A stretch of 64,000 nucleotides of DNA from Diadema antillarum (lineage: Eukaryota): the NCBI RefSeq assembly GCF_040938485.1, contig NW_027271646.1, positions 434,001 to 498,000 of the forward strand. Direction: 5' to 3'. How positions within the stretch are numbered: position 1 is the stretch's first letter; each line of letters begins with the position of its first letter. Shown here piece after piece: positions 46,947 through 60,721 of the stretch. The notes beneath the pieces were generated by a model. The model had not been told where the DNA came from, searched no databases, and saw nothing but the letters and a program-made list of their open reading frames with translations. A program made the position numbers and the translations under genes.

Positions 46947-49900
46947 TTTAGAGCTGCACTAGGATACCCCTTTTATCGTAAGCTGACAATTGGAGAGAAT
47001 AAGATGCCGTGCATTTTATGCAAAATTTATAGTTCATTTTAATTTCTATGTTCCAACAGAATAATGACAGATATGGCAGAACCTTGAAGTGAGATTCTCA
47101 GATTAATGATGATCCCATCAGCATGCGGTAAAGATGGATTCGTTCTCTAGGTACTTATTATACGATGATAACGCCGCCTGTCTGTCATCTTTGAACGAGA
47201 CTATTCTCTGAGTGAGGAGTAAGCCTGAGAGTGCGTGGCCAACAATCATGGGATCATGACATAGTAGACCTGTTTCTGCTCGCATTAAACTTTGCTTCAG
47301 ACTAACAAACAAAGGATCTCCGTGTCACATGCCTATGGGATAAACACCAAGTTCATGAGGCCTTGTAAAACAAGATACTCCTTAAGAAAAGTATTTCACG
47401 TGAAAAATCGCATATGATCTCTGCAAAGGGAAATACAACCAAAACTTTTACTGATTTCCCATGAGTGGCGGGAGTACTGCCTTCTATAGAGCTGGAACTC
47501 TTGAACTTAGTGTTTGAGGACAATCGAGTCAGTGATAAACAGTGTTTTCAGCACATCCTTTAACCCATCAACTTATGAGGGTAATATTTGCTGCAGAAAT
47601 AATCATCTTATTCTCATGAAACTGTCGCTGACTGGAGAAAGAGTATAGATGTAAAGTTTGTGGCGTACGAATACAGTACTAGGAACCCTTATGATGGCCG
47701 ACTGCCGTAAAGGTGACAACTCAAATGATGATTCCTTGCAAACGGTCTGTGATCCCCAAGTTGCTATCGCAAGGTTGAAGGTTCAGTATCATTGGACTTG
47801 TATCATTTTTGTTTTCTGCAACAAATCGTCGGCATCTCTTTAGAAAGAATCTGGTCAAATTCATAGAACTTAGCATCACATAAAAGAAATCCTGCGCTCC
47901 TTTGCGGTCAAGTCCAAATCCTACTTCACCGACATCACTGCCGTCTTTCTAGAACAAGGCATCATTCTGTACCCAACAGTACATAAAACTTATCAAATTG
48001 AATTCGTCAAATAGGGCCTATGCAAACACTGAAAAATGTCGAAATGTCATTTTCACAGGGAAATATGAACTCTGGTTTTCTAAAACTATGCTGGGATATA
48101 AGAGTCAAGTATGATAACAAATAGTTGACACAAAAGAGAACCTTGTACTCTGCCTTTAAACAAGACAAACAATGGATAGTAAAGTAAATTGAAATGCATA
48201 GCACCAACCCACAAAAATGTGTTCTGTGTGACTGGAAGGGTTAAAGAGGTAATTATGTACTGTTTGAAAGAGGTCAAGTATAAAGGTCATAAAAGGTATA
48301 GGCTCATTGTGGACAGTCTTATTATTTGTTTAATGTGCCATCATGATTTAAAAAGTGAACGATATCAATCTAAAAGAAGAACAGGTTGCTATCTGAAACT
48401 AAAAACACTGATGATTACGAGCAATATAAAAGAAATAGTAACAGACTTATGTGGTACGAAATGAAATACGACAAAAGTAAGCTAGGTGGAACCTAGGAGC
48501 GTAGTTACATACAAAACTTGCATCAATGTTTAGATTAAGAGATAGGAAGAGGTGTGGCAGGCTGAAAATTGTTGCACACCGGAAAAAAAAAATATGCCGT
48601 AGAAGTTAAAACTCGTCCTCTAGAGATACAATATTTTGAAAAAAAAAAATGTCAAGGTAAATGGTGTGAACGCGGCCATCATTAGCTTGTCATTCTTATT
48701 CCTGCCCAGTTCATCACCTCGCCTTTAAACCACTGCTACCTGACTGAAACTGCATTTTTAATGGATACAGGCTGATGAATTCTTATTTCAGTTGAAGATT
48801 TTAGTTGTACAGTCGATAACTTTCGAAAAAGGAAATCCTAGTGAAGTTTTGGTAAATAAGTCGATTTGTGTAATGTCGGAGAGTAAAAGTGAGCCGCCGT
48901 CAATTTACTATTGTCAGTTATACGTACAACATGCTGCAAAAGTTCGTGTTTTTTTAACGCAATTGATATGATCATAACGAAATAATTTCTGAGCCATCTT
49001 TTTCAAATGCAGTTCTGATTTCAGTGATGTCTCGATTTATAGTGCACATTCCCATAATATGACCAGAGAAAATTGAAATCATTCAAAGGTTGTTTTAACT
49101 AGTAAAGACGAATTTCTGTTTTTTATTATTTGTCTTGATTTGAGGTTTCCACAACTCGGTTTTGTATACTGAATGGTTATTCTGTGCGGAAAGGTGTCTT
49201 TCAAATTTGTGTTTTTATTTTTTGTCCATGATATCAGTAATTTAAACACTTGATTTGTAAATTTGCTCGTAAGGAGTACTTGTATGTTTATTCACTAGAT
49301 ATATTTCCACTGAACACATTATTATTGCCTTTGAGAAAAAAATAATAAATCACGTCATTTATGCATTATATGAACACCATTTTCCTTATTGCACACAAAT
49401 TATGCGTATATGTGCTACACTGCTAAAAATGGCGCCAGTTATGTTGCTGTATACACTGTTGTTTAATTTTCGAACTTCTTCGTATACGAACGCGAGCAAG
49501 TGTATGTGAAATGTGTGTGTGTGAGGCCTGCATGGCGTTATGGTGCACTGGCGCATAATATTTTTGTTAACGTTTCATTACTGTAACTTTACGTCCAGAA
49601 GATACCAATTTGCTAAACCATAATAAACCTCGTCAAAAACGAAATGCATTATGTGTACATCTAGTCTAAATGTAAATACATACATATGCATTTTGCGTAT
49701 GATTGTCTTTCTCCAAAAATAGACACCAACTTCGAAAATTGTCGACATTCTTGCGCTTTATTTCAGGTCAATAATATAAACATTTGTCGAAAATCATGCA
49801 GTATTATCATCTCTAGGTTTTTAATTGTTTTCCTTTTTGGATAACGGGTACTCGATATTTGAGTCTTCTGCATCATTTCGGCACTGAATCCATTATGCCA

Positions 49901-50477
49901 TAATTTTGGCGTATCTTATACTTCAAAAAGTAAGCATATGCAATTCTGCAATCGACACATTTTAGGAAAAAGTGTTGAAGGCTTAACTCGAAAAAGTTGA
50001 TAAACTTTTAGGGTTGATAGATTAACTCGTCAGTCTTCTTAACAACTACGTAGAAACTGCAATCGACCTATTAAAATAATGAGCACGTTGCAATGGTCCA
50101 CATTTCTGGAAAGAAGTTGTTCATCCTTGTCGACTTTTCATCAGCTTTCTCTCTCTTTTTTTAAATATTTTTCTTCATTTTTTTCCTATTTCCCCGTTTT
50201 TGTATATACAGTGCAATCCTTTAAAAAAGTTTTCATAGTCTAATGCAAGAGTTAAAACGAGTTGATTACCTTTCTGCAAATTGGCAAGTTGATTAATCAA
50301 TGCCTTCTTTTTTGACTCATTCCGCGTAAGCATTTAAAATGTACATTAGAAAGGCGCAATGCAGCACAGCTGACATGCAAGAGACCATAAGCAACGGCGG
50401 GCTACACATTTTCTCACAATGCTACATTGTAACTTACGTGGTAACAAGAAAAGAGGCTGCGACTTGATGAACAAACA

Positions 50478-50511
<34 letters not shown>

Positions 50512-51036
50512 TTTGCTTTTTCAGTAATGCCACATTGCCTGTCGCATGACCTGCGAAACACGTCTCGTATATAAACCACCGATGTCTTTCCTCAGGCAGT
50601 TTTGTTCTCAGAATGACCCGTCACAATCAATGTGCAGCGATTTCATCCAGTCTCTCTGATATTTCAGTGACATTTAGAGCGGTGTCCGCTGTAGAAGAAA
50701 CTACGTGACCCATACGTTACTTCCGTGACTGCAATGAGAATCTCTTTCCTGTATAAACGTGATCTGAACGAACAACCAAAGTGACAACTTATGACAACAC
50801 CACTGATATTCTGTAGATATAAAGCCATGGTAATACTGCACTTGGCTGTCGATTGTGTTGTTCACTCGTTTGCGTTCCCAAAATGGATGCTTGTTTGACG
50901 TATAACCATATCCTCGCGTCACTGCCCGGTGGACATCGAAGATGTGACGTAAAAATCATGTAAGAAGGTGTACTTCGTATCTGTCACACACGCGCATAGG
51001 TATCACGTTTCATCCGTTGGACCATAGCGTGCTATA

Positions 51037-51551
51037 TCAACATGGTGAATCAGCCATCAGTCCCTGTACCATGCCTTCCTTCTCGTCGCCTCCCGTCTTC
51101 AGGTCGGGATGCATCCCGCATTTGCCTGCGAGCCAGATCCTCAGTTTGTAGAACCCGTACATCATGGCTTGCAGCACCAGGAGCGAGAGGATCATCCCAA
51201 GGGATACTCCTCCGGCTGTACCCGGTTCGTTGCCGTAGTCTAAGAAGGGCCAGATATACGGCTTGCCCTCGGAATTGGTCCCGCCGCACGCCCAGTATAT
51301 GACGGCAAAGAAGTCGAAGATGAGATCGAAGGCGATCGGGTAGATGAAGTGCCAGAAGCGCACGGGCGTTGCGGTGATGAAGAGCTCGACGAAGCTGAGG
51401 ATCATGGTGAGGATGTGGACATTGAGCTCGGAGAGGTCCGTACTCTGGGGAGAGGTGTAGAGCGTGGTCCAGTAGATGATGGTGACCAGGATCGACATGG
51501 GTACCGTGGTGTTGAAGAGGAACCACTGGATCTTGTAACTCAACGGGGTCT
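51037..51551 (-). CDS. rost-like: Rolling stone-like protein B, exon 3; complement join(60620-60721,52150-52474,51037-51551), 313 aa
   Basis: CACGACAG acceptor; KIQWFLFN, IYW, NVHILT, YIWPFLDY motifs parallel paralogue A. Confidence 0.9.
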
Positions 51552-52149
51552 CTGTCGTGGAATAAACAGACATGTTAAGAATCAAACTGAAGGAAATTCA
51601 CTCTCAGTTTGTACGGTAAACGTGTGCTGTTATAAATTGGACCCCTGGTTGGGTATTTTACAATTTCATTAATTTGACCAATCTTACACGATATCTTGGT
51701 TCTTTGATTCCACATGACGCCATCCGGTAACTTTAGGTCTTTGCGAAAATAGAACGCGCACATATTCAAAACAAAAACCAGCCGCAAATAACTAACAAAG
51801 GATCATTTACGTTACATTTTCATAAATAACTTCATACATCTTCTTCATGGCTCTGATCAGGATACGATTCCTGCAGACAATGCTTCACGTTCCGTTTAAA
51901 TTGCCAAAATTTTGAAAACACGAACATAGCTTCCCTTCACTGAAGGATAGTTGAAAATTTTCTCCATATACCTTTCACTTGAATTTTGTGAGCACTATGC
52001 TCTTAGTTACGAGTAGTATCCTCCAGATTTGTTCATCACACATAGAGACACACCACCGGTGGCACCCACACACATTATACGTACACCCACATGTGCACAC
52101 ATTATACACAGGCATACACACACTCAAAGACAGCCATACAAAAACATAC

Positions 52150-52474
52150 CGTCTTCGTCCTCCTGCTTGACTGCCGGTTCCTCCTTCGGCTGCTTCTTGA
52201 ACTTCTTGAGGAACTTGCGAAGCCCGCCCTGCCGCTGTCGCTCCCTCTCCTGCTTCAACCGCTCGAGGTGGTCCTTGCGAAGACTCACGATGAGGTTGGC
52301 GGTGGCCACGGCAAAGTAGCAATCAAAGGCGAAGTTTTCCCACGTCGACAAGTAGATGAAGTGGCGACTGCCATCCTTGGCGACCCCGCGCACGAGGGCG
52401 TAGATGAAGGAGGCAAAGACGCAACAAGTGGAGAGGACACGGTATGTGACGAAGAGCCAGACTGGTAGACGCCA
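52150..52474 (-). CDS. rost-like: Rolling stone-like protein B, exon 2
   Basis: CCTTCTAG acceptor; WRLPVWLFVTYR and FIYLSTW motifs; G|GTATGT donor (phase 1). Confidence 0.87.
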
Positions 52475-52551
52475 CTAGAAGGAAAGTGGTAGTAGAGGAG
52501 CATCGAAGTAATAAACATGCAATGTTTTATGTATAATCTCTCTCTCTCTAT

Positions 52552-52606
<55 letters not shown>

Positions 52607-55504
52607 TTGTGGTTTTTTTGTTTTCTGTAAAGATGCTATTGTTACATTTGACTTTATTTCCCTTATTTCGAACTCAAACTTAAAAAGCAGATCTTAAGAC
52701 ACCGTTTTTAGTGCGTGTGTGTGTATCTGTGTGCGTGGCACCTGACAGTGGTGTAGTTGAGACTGGACATGAGGTTAATGTGCCGGTGGCTTCCTGTAAT
52801 GTTAATGAAACAAGAAAAAAAAGCCCTTCAAGTGACATTTCTGAGGGCTTTACGCCAACTTTAGCACTTCATTTCACGAAGGTATGATGCAAATCTGACT
52901 TTCGACGGCATTCGTTTGTAAAGTTAATCACTCTTTCACCGTCTTTAGATTATCAGAGACACTTATTGACAACCTAAGAATGTAAAGAACACAGATTTTG
53001 CAAGCATATTTCAAGAGCGTTTTTAACAGAAAATATTGTACGAAGAAGAGGCAGAAGAAAAAGAAAAAAAAAGAATTGATCAAAACAGGGCAATGTTTTT
53101 ATTTTTTCCACAACGTCATTTCACGGACACGGATCCGACAAAGTACACGCGTTAGGCCTGCCATCAGAGTATACCCAATTGAATTAGCCTTGACAGCGTT
53201 ATCATTGCTTCTTTGATGGGTCTTGACGAGAAATTTCCTCTCCCTCTTCCTGAAAGAGAGATTATCGCCGGGGATGTATATGGTCCCTTCTTCTCGAGCT
53301 TCAATCTCTCGGCCACTTTCTCGACGCGGCTCACCATCACTCAACGTTTTATTGCCGCTATTGACTCTCGAGAAAAGCCAGACTTCCTTCCATCTCGTTA
53401 GCACTCTGTACTTAGTCATCCGTGCGAAGCATGAAACTCCTCGATGACAACTTCTGAATTCAAGCTCATTGCAGTTACTTCGCCAAAACAGGAGTGATAT
53501 GTATAATATTGAAGTACAATATAAGGTGATAACGGTCTTCACATCTCTTTGTACAGATAGATATACAATGGATGTCAATACGATTGTTCGTCTTAAAGAA
53601 ATTATCAGTCCTCATGAATTTTTAAAAATGAAGTATCTGAAAGGGCAAGTATGTTTATGTATATGTATGATAATATTATGATAAATGATAGAGAAAGGAA
53701 GATATAAATAATCGCGCACGCACGCCAATAAATTCCAGAGACACCAACAGATATAAGATTACATCTATTTCACACATTTCCCAAAGTATAGGCATTAGTT
53801 TCACAGCTTGTTCCAGGTAATTAAGTAGATAGCTCAAGATTTCCCACTCCTAAATCTCGAACTGTAAATTCCTCTAATGCTTGCGTGTCGATAGCTTACA
53901 TTGTTTACAAGTCGTTAAGAGGTGTGATCCAGTCAGGGAGGTGGATCTCTTCCACCTTCCTGATCCAATCAAGCTGCAAACGAGAAAAGTTTCTTCTCAC
54001 CTGCGCCTCGTGAAGACGCTGCTTTCCTTCCGTACCTAACACTCTCACAACCACCTGTCTGCTTTTCCTCACTATCACTGATAATTAAGTAGGAAGGGGC
54101 GTATCTATATATCACAAAATGAAAACATTAACCTTGCACGCTGCTTTCTTTCACAATGACGTTACAAGATTAAGCATGAACATCTTTCATTAGTTAAACT
54201 AAAAAGGAAAAATTCCTGAGACAACGAGCTCTTCTTTTCTTCATGTTGCATATTGTGTAACATTAAAACAATATCTTTCGATGATATATGACCATGAAGA
54301 TCACAATAACTAAAGGTAGCAGCAATGTGACAGTAGAGACAGAAGAAGGTTGAGAAGCTTCAGATTTGTACAATGGGCAGTCTTACCCACTTATGTCTTG
54401 CTACTTTTTTTTTCATTATTTCTTGGGATGCACAATATTTTTAAACGCCTCTGCTGATTCTGACTCATAATCCAACAAAGAAGAATTTCGGGATCGCTCT
54501 ATAGAAATGTGCCGATCATGTACACAGATAATATGTGCGTCTTAAGGGCCAAATTTCATTAATGTTATCAAGAAAAACCATGTTGATGTAGTCTCACTGC
54601 ATGTCACGCCCACCCTAGCTGTTATACTCCGAGGGACCAAGATCAGCATTGGATTGACAGTTCGCTCTATCTTTAGCACACGGATGTTGGCAAGGTTTTT
54701 GGAAGCATTGGAAATTCGATTTCTGGCGAGGAAAGATCGAGAGGGAAAGCTGAAAGTGGAGAGAGATGAAGATGATATACCTAGCTTACTTTTTCCAAGG
54801 ACACACATTAAACGGTAACGATCCTTCGTTGTGTATCATAAAGAGGGACAGTTTTGCGATGTGTTGAACATCGAGATGGTAATATAGCAAAAATATCAGA
54901 CTCAGTTTGCACGAGTTAAAACCCGTCGAGGTTCGACGATACAGATCTGCATCATGTTTAATTCAGTGTCCAGCAGTTTATGTAACCAATACGTATGTTG
55001 TGACAACAACATACGAGAGGACAATTATCACATTTCATTCAAACTGCCTTTGGAAGTAATTCTTCGTTACAACTTTTGTTTGTTCTGGTCTGTACTATAC
55101 TTGATATCAGCCATGAACACGCACACAAAGCGAAAGTATACTTAACAAAAGCCACCATGGGAATTCGTCCAGGTGCCGAAGTCACCTGCAATCAAAATTA
55201 ATGCTCCTGCTTCTCGTTTTCATGGAAACCAAATAATGTCGAAGTCTCAAAATGGTCCTTAAAGGCACAGAAATCTGACTGGGAGTCACTAGTTTTTAAA
55301 CCTCGAACGATAAGGGTACCCAAGCAACAACGATGTTATCACCAAACAAAGAGAACTACGTGCACACTGCGCCCTGCCGTTCAAGAACGTGACACACAAC
55401 TTTTTTTTTTTTGGGAAGTTGATAACCCTGAAATAGATTTTTATGAATAAACTATAAAGAAAACAAACTTAGAGGAAGAGTTTGCCACTTGGAGTCAGGA
55501 GGAA

Positions 55505-55532
55505 GTGTATGTGTGTGTGTGTGTGTGTGTGC

Positions 55533-55563
<31 letters not shown>

Positions 55564-55572
55564 TGTGTGTGT
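55505..55572. repeat. Compound (GT)n(GC)8(GT)n alternating purine-pyrimidine microsatellite
   Basis: 68 bp of uninterrupted alternation. Confidence 0.95.
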
Positions 55573-58500
55573 CTGCACGTACGTTTGCAAAGCAATACAT
55601 GGCTGCAAATATTTCCAATGTTTCATCTTGGATGGCTGCCATGCTACAATATGTCAGAGGTTATTTCATCACTCTAAATGAAGATGGCTCTTCTGGCAAC
55701 AATATATCTGCCAAAGATGAATATTCTGCTAGTGCGATAGAAACGGAAAATGTGTATGCGGAATCCCGATATTCATCTGATTTGCTATTTTCGCGTTGAA
55801 ATATACAGCAACATGTCACAACTTAGTGAAACCGAAGTCGTCAGTTTACCAAACGTGGGAAGATAACATCGAAGTAACGCCATGGTATCATAATAACACT
55901 GTCTTTTTCCTTCCTATATCGACACGAGGGAGAATATCCACGAATCTGCCAGGGGACACACTATGGATACCCACTTGTACTTTCATGCTGTAATACAACA
56001 TACGGTATGCAGATATACTGGAAAAGAGGGGAGTATCGGAGTAAACAGGAGACGAATGTAGAATAAAGAGAAAGAGAAGTTTGTTATACGAGTCCAAACT
56101 TGGCAGGCTTCTGCAGTTCATGATGAGTATCACGACCTGAGAAAAGTAGGATGATTTGCCCATTCCCCGGGCAGTTTTCTACAGGATCTAGGACAAAGAT
56201 TCCTCGTTTTCCCGTCTCGTTTGCAGTTCAAGGCTACTTGGCACCACACTGGTGTCAGGACTTTAACGACAATGGCCTATAATATACATTGTATATGTCA
56301 TTCTACGTAGAGAGATATACCATTCGGAAGGAGTGTACTTGTGCTTTTTTTATGTGTTTTGTGTGCTTTGTGCGTTTGCGTGTGCGTTACATTATTGAGG
56401 CTTGCATAGGTCACTTCCTTTAGCGTTTGAAGCCCAAGATGTTTGCCTTTTTATTTGAAACCAGCGAGATACGTTTTCAATCAAAATGGACATCTAGACA
56501 CAAACAAAATCTAAAAACTGCAATAGTCACACGGTCATGCTCTCAATGATAATACATTTATATGTATGAGTTTTGTTTTCATTTCCGATACATTTATGTG
56601 GTATTTTATCCACGACGGACCTGCGGAAGAACAGTATCCGGGCTGAAGTACGTTGCATGTGCCATGCTTGAATAAAGGAATGAAATGAAATGAAATGAAA
56701 TGAAATGAAAACCAAATTAAATATGATAATATCCTAGAATATTAGTGCGTGTGTGTGTGATGATTTTTTTTTAAATAACTGTATAGGTAGGCCTATATGC
56801 AAACAATACAGAACTTCTCTGCTGAGAATAATGTACGACGAGTGCCCACATATCAAAACGTGTTCTTACAAGAGAAATGTAGCTCAACCACACAGATGTG
56901 TGCAAAAAAAGAGACAATTTTTAAATGGTGTTTGTTCTTTTGACATTTACAAAATGTAAACAAGCACAAAAAGTTTGAATGCACTCATATAGTTTCTTTA
57001 AGTATTAATCAATTTCAAACATATAACATACGTTATTGAATTATTTATGATTAGAATCTTTAGTCGTGAATGATTGCAATATTCGCATTAAACTCCCAGT
57101 GAAGAAGTTGCAAGTTTACTTGTTTATTTTTCCATTTTTCAGATGATTATGGAATCATGGTTACTGTGAAATAATATAATAATTTTGGTCATGTGGTATT
57201 TGTTTACATTCCCTAAAACGTATTTTCCGCGAAATGATTATAGCATATTGTTTTTTCTATTTCTCCTCCAAAGCATCAAAAGAAAATTATACATAGATAG
57301 TATCCACTTGTCATTCATCACTCGTATTTTGCGGCAAATGATAAAAATAAAAAACAAAAGCAGTTCTAAATATTACAATATATAACAAATTAACCAGCAT
57401 TAACCAGATATTGAATTGGTGACTTAAGCTCTCAAGAATTATGCTGGAGACAACATATGGTTTCAAGAGACAAAGGTATATCTCTTCAACAAAGAAGCAA
57501 CGCACGCATGGGACATAAGGAGGGCAAGCCTTCTTTAAAGGACGTTTCGACTTTGACGTCATTGAAAAGAAAGAGATTCTAAAGGCAGATTAAAATCCAC
57601 CACGTGCTTTAAGTAAAAGGGCATGGGCCTGATTGATTGGGTTATTTTTTGCCGTAATTGGCATTTCTTGAATAAACTTATGATTTCGTAACGAGGTCGC
57701 AAGGTTAAGATTGTGGACTCATTACATCTATCTTTAGCTGCTGAGAGCTTTTCACGAAACCTTATCGATGATTGTCCAAAAAGTCGGTCATCGTGACGAT
57801 GGGGGATTTTCTGATGAACAATATCTCAGTGTTCTTTCTCTCGTATAATAACTTTTCTTTCACCTAGGTATAACCTGCAATACAATATAAATCACAAATG
57901 TCGACTACCATGATCAAATAAACATTAACAATTTCACGGTTCACGAAAATCAATAAGAGTCATACCAGGTAGAGTATGTTAAACATTTTCACATGCACAC
58001 ACTGGCTTAGCGACGTATTAATCAGTGAGTGAGACCCTGTTAACAGACCTTTTTTTAAAAGCTGATATTTAAAAGCAAAATGGGATCCAAATTGTCAGGT
58101 ACGTTCAACTCTCTCTTTCTGTATAAATTGGTGATTCCCCTACTATATAGGGGTAACTTTCCCCTTTCTATTCGGTGGCATGACTTCTTGTGACACTGTA
58201 GGGCCTACTTAATTCCTTGAAGTCTGAATACGACCAGCCATGCCGTAGGCAGGTAGCTGTATTAACTGCTCTTTGGAATCCGCACGTCCAACTTCTTTCC
58301 CACTGAGAGTAAAGGTTAAGAAAAGGTTAAGATAGAAATATTCTTAGATTCCCCCTTCCCATGAAGTGACGGATTTTTCTTTTATTATTCTATAATATCT
58401 GATACATTTACAAAAGGAAACATTCATTCTCGACAGACAAAGCATGCAGAGATATTATCTTGAGTATTTGGATGACCGTGTGCAGGGTACCGACACGTCT

Positions 58501-60619
58501 TAAAAGAGTCAATGTTTTTGTCCCAAATTGGCAAATTTGTGATTTTCTTTTTCGTGCATGATTATCTGCATGTTTACATTTCTTACTCCTTTAAAGAACC
58601 ACGGTCGAAATTCAAAGTTGCCATTTTGATCAAAATTACCTAAAGATTTGATTGCAAAGAGAAAAAAGAGAGAAAAAGCCGGCACCTGTTGGTTTCTAAC
58701 CACTAGACACTCGGCCTTGTTAAAGGTTGATACGTTCCCTCTCATCTTTACCATCTTGTAGCAAAAAGTCAGATTTCACAATAGAAGAACCTTTGGTTTC
58801 TTCTGACTAACCGACCCGTGAGTGTGTATGACTAAGCCAGCCTCGGTTGTGAAGGTGGGCTGATTTTTGAAAAAAAAAAATCCACACGATGCAGAATTAC
58901 CTGTATGTTGTACTGCTACCTTAAAATTGATATGATACTAAATGTTTTGAATATTGTTTCAAAAATAATTTAGATATAGATGGATTGATTGAATTCCTCA
59001 TATCTTTACTAAAAGTGAGAATCATAAATGAGAAAGGTTTCTATAAAACGTGGCAAACTTTCGAAATCAGGAGAGCTTAGACAAGAAGGCGATAAACCTG
59101 ATAGTATTATCAGTAAATGTTAGAACTTGAGGTATAAACCTAATAAATCATAGGCTTGACGCTTTGTAACTGTCTTACCTTCACGATAAGGAAATAATGA
59201 CAGGATTCCATTTCTTCTCACTATCTCAGTAAGCTGACATTAAAGCCCTTATGGACTTCATAAATTATAATGAGCTGTTTCATTTTTTTCTAAGGGCATT
59301 CATTTCAAAGAACATTGTTAATCATGCGAGGTTTGACCTTTGTGGTTTACACGAGATACAAGAGAAGACTGTCATATAATCTAGGATCAGATGATGATAC
59401 ATAAGAAATGACGAATTCTGGTCATCACCTATCATGCTTATTTCCACATGTCGTATGTCAAAATACCGTATACGGTATTTTGACGTATACGTATACCAAC
59501 AGTTCAATGATGTGAAAGAGCTTTGAATTTTTATTCGAAAGAGTAAAGATTCGAGAGTTACAATCACACTGATGAGGTAACGGTTTGTCTTGAGTACTTC
59601 AGAGAGTGACGGACGATGTTTTTCTTTTATGTTCTTTCCATGCACCTTTCCAACCACAACTTGACCACAGTCTTCTTACGCAAGCTTGAAACGGCTGTCA
59701 CACGCTTGACATTAAAGGGTATTTAGGTAGTTTTGCTCTCTGCCCACCAATCTAAGCCCTGTCTTTAAAAATGCTCCTACATGATGTCTTACTGGTGGAG
59801 AATCCAGAGCAGATTGATCCGGTTTCACATGTAAAGTGCGACGATTGATTTCGAGCAAATGATAACGAAAGGAAAACAAATATATTTCGTTTTTTAACTA
59901 TCAAAACAATTAGATAAATCTCTCGCTCATCTTCATCAGTTACCAATTTGGTTGAAGACCACGTTAATCAAATGATATATGCTGTCATTAGAAACTTGAA
60001 GATGAACGAAATGTGTGCATAATCGTCTCGAGTGTTAAAACTGCTTTCCAGAAGGTGCGGTGATTATTTTACGAAGTCATTTCCAGGAACCCATCAAAAC
60101 GCATGGGTTAAGGATAACATCGTCGTAAATCGTGGGCAAAACATCTAGCCCAGAAATGAACGCACATAGGTAGGACTGGAACTCTGACCTTCTGTTTAAA
60201 AATCAAGAGTCTTATCCACTACACCACATTACTCCTACCTGATAATAACGTCAGTGGAGTAAAACATTTAAAACACTATCTGCAATCATGTACCTGTGGA
60301 AATTCCCGTGTGTACCACATAACATAGAGATAAGATACTTTACAATGTACGTCAGGCACAATGGCATAATGGATGTACAACAGTGAGAAAGGAGTAACGA
60401 TTTACAGAACAATACTTGTCATCTTTCTAACAACTATCAGCTGAGTGGACAATTTTTCTGCTTTGGATGGTTAAAATGCAATTTAATTTGGAAAAAAATG
60501 TTAAAGAGTAAAAGAATATTTGTGATAACAAATTTACAAACACCACGCTATAGAAAAATGTGCAATGAATTTGAAAAGAAATCAGATATGTACACACAGA
60601 TGACGGTTGCCATGGTTAC

Positions 60620-60721
60620 CTGAGGAGTGTAGAAGACCTTCGGAAACTCGTGCTTAAGGCCGAACCACGATTTCTTGACGGGGAACTTCTTGGCAGCAAA
60701 AACCTTGAAGAGTGATTCCAT
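60620..60721 (-). CDS. rost-like: Rolling stone-like protein B, coding exon 1
   Basis: MESLFKVFAAKKFPVKKSWFGLKHEFPKVFYTPQ then CAG|GTAACC donor (phase 0), continuing into W of exon 2. Confidence 0.82.

Noticed and set aside
53099-53578. 159-aa minus-strand ORF as exon 1 of rost-like B
   Set aside because: It has no family motif and its donor phase is incompatible with exon 2. The motif-bearing exon is at 60620-60721.
55888-56163. MGKSSYFSQ ORF as exon 1 of rost-like B
   Set aside because: Poor donor (GTCGTG) and no FGL.H motif in frame.
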